Of a stretch of DNA of 64,000 nt, positions 61,371 to 64,000 are shown in pieces. Every line of letters starts with the position of its first letter. Positions within the stretch are counted from its first letter, which is position 1. The position numbers and the translations under genes are program-made. Below the pieces are notes generated by a model, which searched no databases, was not told the DNA's origin, and was given only the letters and a program-made list of their open reading frames with translations. The stretch lies in the IMG/VR virus record IMGVR_UViG_3300027759_000043; one strand, given 5' to 3'. This DNA is from a virus (Duplodnaviria; Caudoviricetes).

Positions 61371-64000
61371 ATGAACCTTAACGAACTTGACCGCTATAAA
61401 CTTTCTGACGCTGTAAAATTCAATGCTCGTCTAAACCCCAAAATATGGGGACAGGACGAGCACTTGAAGCCTGAAGTGCGTGAAGCACTGATGAAAATTG
61501 CTGATGATTTTCGTGAGAGCCTGGGTGTAAAAGACCTTGATTTAAAAGACATCACCCTCAGCGGAAGCAACGCCGCTTACACATACACCCCCAATTCTGA
61601 CATTGACCTGCATCTTGTGGTCAACATACCCGATGATGCTGTGTATCGCGAATTGTTTGATGCCAAAAAGTACGCATACAACAATCAGCACAACATCCGG
61701 ATTGGTGGCTATGATGTTGAACTGTATGTGCAGGATGTGGATCAGCCACATGTGACTCAAGGCGAATACAGTTTGCTCCGCAACGACTGGATTCAAGTGC
61801 CACGTCGTCAACGTGCTGATGTTGTGGATCAAAGCACCCGTAGCAAGTATCAAGATTTAAAACAACGCATCCGGGACGCTATCAAGACTCAAGACCATGA
61901 TGTAATGGCTGGCTTGATGACCAAGATCAAACAACTGCGTCAAAGCGGTCTTGATGAGCACGGTGAGTTTGGTCCAGAAAATCTTGCGTTCAAGATGTTG
62001 CGTACACAAGGTTATATCCAGCGACTGGTGGATGCTAGAAATGCCGCCAAGGATCAAGAACTCAGTATTGATGAGCAGTCACGTGTTCGAGTCACATATG
62101 GCTTTGGCAATGACAATGTGGACGAAGCCAGTTTGGCCGACATGAGGGCCGCATTCCAATCAGAGTTGAAACCCTTGGCTGATCCTGAAAAAGAAAAAGT
62201 ATATCGCAGTAGAGATGAGTATCTGCAGGCCGAAAAGAAAAAAGCCAAACAACAAGAAATTGCCAAATCTCTAGTACCGGTCAAACAAAAACCCTGGTCC
62301 GGTGGTGTATACGAAAGTGCAGATTCAGATCTAAGTCAAACAATCAATCAGTTTGCTCGGAGTTGTATAAAGTATTTGGGTATCAAGAAAGCACCCAAAA
62401 TTGAACTGCATACCAACACAGACTGGAGTGAACAAACAGGAAGTTTTGGTCAGTATGAACCTGAAACCAATGTGTTACACTTGGCCACCGCAGGTCGTCA
62501 CATGTTAGACATCTTGCGAACCATGGCTCATGAATTCACACATCGCAAACAAGCAGAAAAACAAGCACTACCCGCAGACGCAGGTGAAACAGGCAGCCCC
62601 TACGAAGACCAAGCCAATGCCATGGCAGGTCGTATCATGCGCCACTGGGCAGAGAAACATCCTGAGATGTTTGCTCATGTGCCATTAGAGGAAGCCTCGG
62701 GCTACATTCCCACAAAGAAACAGGCCCGGGATCCACGCTTTGTCATGGCTTTGACCAAAGACGTGCGTCCAGGTGCTGTAGGCAAAGAAGCCAACAAACT
62801 GGGTCTACAAACTGACGCTCAAGGTCATCCTGCACTACTCACAGCCACCTTGAACGAAAGTCTGTTGGCAGAATTGGCCCGCTTCAAACAGCAAGACCTG
62901 TTTGAAATCAACATGGGAAGCAAGAACCTCCGCAAGGAAGCGGCCAAGACTGGTGCCATTGCCGGCATGGAATTTGAAATGATTGTGCCCAATGTGGAAG
63001 GCGACAGCGGTGATCTCGACCAAGAGGCCGACTACGACTATGATCAACGTTGCCGTAGCATACAGGATGCATATGACTTTTTCTATGATGGTGACTGGAA
63101 CAGTCGACGCAGTTGCGATGAGATGCGTGACAAGATGCGAGACGACTATATAGAATGGCTGGACGAAAAAATTGCCACTGACTGGGAACGAGGCGGCGAT
63201 GACTACATCACCGACTGGGTCAAGAACAATGTGGACGAAAGTGAATGGAATCCCGACGACTTATCGGGTGATGCCCGCAACGAGGCACTAGAAGAATACT
63301 CAGCCAACATTCATGCAGATCCTGTGAGTGATCAATATCAAACAGCCTACGAAGAGTTCCGCGAAGAAAATCAAGAAAGTTATGACGAAAGTGACTGGTT
63401 GGACGACGCAGATCTAAGCAACATGAGCGAGATTGAAAATGCCTACAGCATGAGTTGGCCACACTGGAGCGACCCCCAGAGTGGTGGCGAATCCAGCATT
63501 GAAGATGTGGCACAGGAATTTGAAAACGCCATAGGTCGCGATGTCAGAGCCAGCGGCAACTATCACTCGGGTTCAGTGCTTCGTCCTAGCCCCACGCAAA
63601 TACGCTATGTGGTCGAACCTGATGGCAGCCTGGAGCCAGATGATCCCAACGATCAAGGCCTGGAGTTTGTATCACCACCCCTGCCCATAGATGAGATACT
63701 GAGTGACTTGAACAAAGTTAAAAAGTGGGCCAAAGAGTATGGTTGCTATACCAATGATTCCACCGGCTTGCACATCAACATTTCAGTGCCCAACTACAGC
63801 AGAGAAAACCTGGACTTTGTGAAACTGGCCCTGCTGATGGGCGACAAGTATGTGTTGGACGCCTTTGGTCGTTCCGGCAATACCTATGCCAAGAGTGCAT
63901 TTGACATTGTGAAACGTATTGTGCGTGATCAACCCGAAGAGGCGGCCAAGTTGTTGGACAAGATGAAGGGCAACCTGGATCAATTGGCCACCAAGGCCAT
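61371..64000 (+). CDS. Large multidomain protein, 3'-truncated: nucleotidyltransferase + HExxH peptidase-like + amidoligase-like
   Basis: Translated by hand (absent from the ORF track). LSGSN...SDIDLH...DVELY; MAHEFTH; GMEFEM, EPDGSL, GLEFVSPP, TGLHINIS. TAAATA at 61357. Confidence 0.8.
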   Translation, partial: MNLNELDRYKLSDAVKFNARLNPKIWGQDEHLKPEVREALMKIADDFRESLGVKDLDLKDITLSGSNAAYTYTPNSDIDLHLVVNIPDDAVYRELFDAKKYAYNNQHNIRIGGYDVELYVQDVDQPHVTQGEYSLLRNDWIQVPRRQRADVVDQSTRSKYQDLKQRIRDAIKTQDHDVMAGLMTKIKQLRQSGLDEHGEFGPENLAFKMLRTQGYIQRLVDARNAAKDQELSIDEQSRVRVTYGFGNDNVDEASLADMRAAFQSELKPLADPEKEKVYRSRDEYLQAEKKKAKQQEIAKSLVPVKQKPWSGGVYESADSDLSQTINQFARSCIKYLGIKKAPKIELHTNTDWSEQTGSFGQYEPETNVLHLATAGRHMLDILRTMAHEFTHRKQAEKQALPADAGETGSPYEDQANAMAGRIMRHWAEKHPEMFAHVPLEEASGYIPTKKQARDPRFVMALTKDVRPGAVGKEANKLGLQTDAQGHPALLTATLNESLLAELARFKQQDLFEINMGSKNLRKEAAKTGAIAGMEFEMIVPNVEGDSGDLDQEADYDYDQRCRSIQDAYDFFYDGDWNSRRSCDEMRDKMRDDYIEWLDEKIATDWERGGDDYITDWVKNNVDESEWNPDDLSGDARNEALEEYSANIHADPVSDQYQTAYEEFREENQESYDESDWLDDADLSNMSEIENAYSMSWPHWSDPQSGGESSIEDVAQEFENAIGRDVRASGNYHSGSVLRPSPTQIRYVVEPDGSLEPDDPNDQGLEFVSPPLPIDEILSDLNKVKKWAKEYGCYTNDSTGLHINISVPNYSRENLDFVKLALLMGDKYVLDAFGRSGNTYAKSAFDIVKRIVRDQPEEAAKLLDKMKGNLDQLATKA

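Noticed and set aside
1-64000. Stop-codon reassignment, as seen in some large phages
   Set aside because: Genes are full length in the standard code, and TAG, TGA and TAA all terminate well-supported genes (for example TAG at 21312 for erpA).
1-64000. tRNA, rRNA, integrase, transposase or group I/II intron
   Set aside because: No cloverleaf, rRNA-like or recombinase motifs were seen in the short intergenic gaps. A tRNAscan/Infernal run would be needed to exclude them fully.

Overview
This window is a segment of a large lytic dsDNA phage genome, jumbo and T4-like in its regulatory logic. It uses the standard genetic code and is densely coded, almost entirely on the + strand. No integrase, tRNA, rRNA or CRISPR array was seen. 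1-20 kb holds small early/middle genes behind consensus sigma70 promoters (TTGAC-17-TA[T/C]A[A/C]T). These include an array of small paralogous proteins ending in FxL[RK]W, a TylF methyltransferase, a ParB/DGQH plus EHxxP gene pair, GGCT, an Hc1-like protein, NadE, a cell-wall hydrolase, an ATE-like/amidinotransferase/radical-SAM cluster and IF-1. 20-31 kb holds TAAATA-driven late genes (SOD, ErpA, baseplate/fibre proteins, S8 protease), a stand-alone DnaE fragment and GroES. 31-48 kb holds a radical SAM protein, cytidylyltransferase, clamp loader, HAD, PhoH, putative capsid-internal proteins, and an operon of TctC, sulfotransferase-like genes and an APS-kinase fusion. 48-64 kb holds lysis genes (spanins, GH19, holin), LamG proteins, an alpha-carbonic anhydrase, DnaJ, ClpA, a glycosyltransferase and a truncated multi-enzyme polyprotein. 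The top leads are the putative PAPS/sulfation operon, the putative capsid-packaged enzyme cargo with E-terminated leaders, and the arginine-chemistry cluster. All protein calls come from motif recognition by eye; no database search was run.
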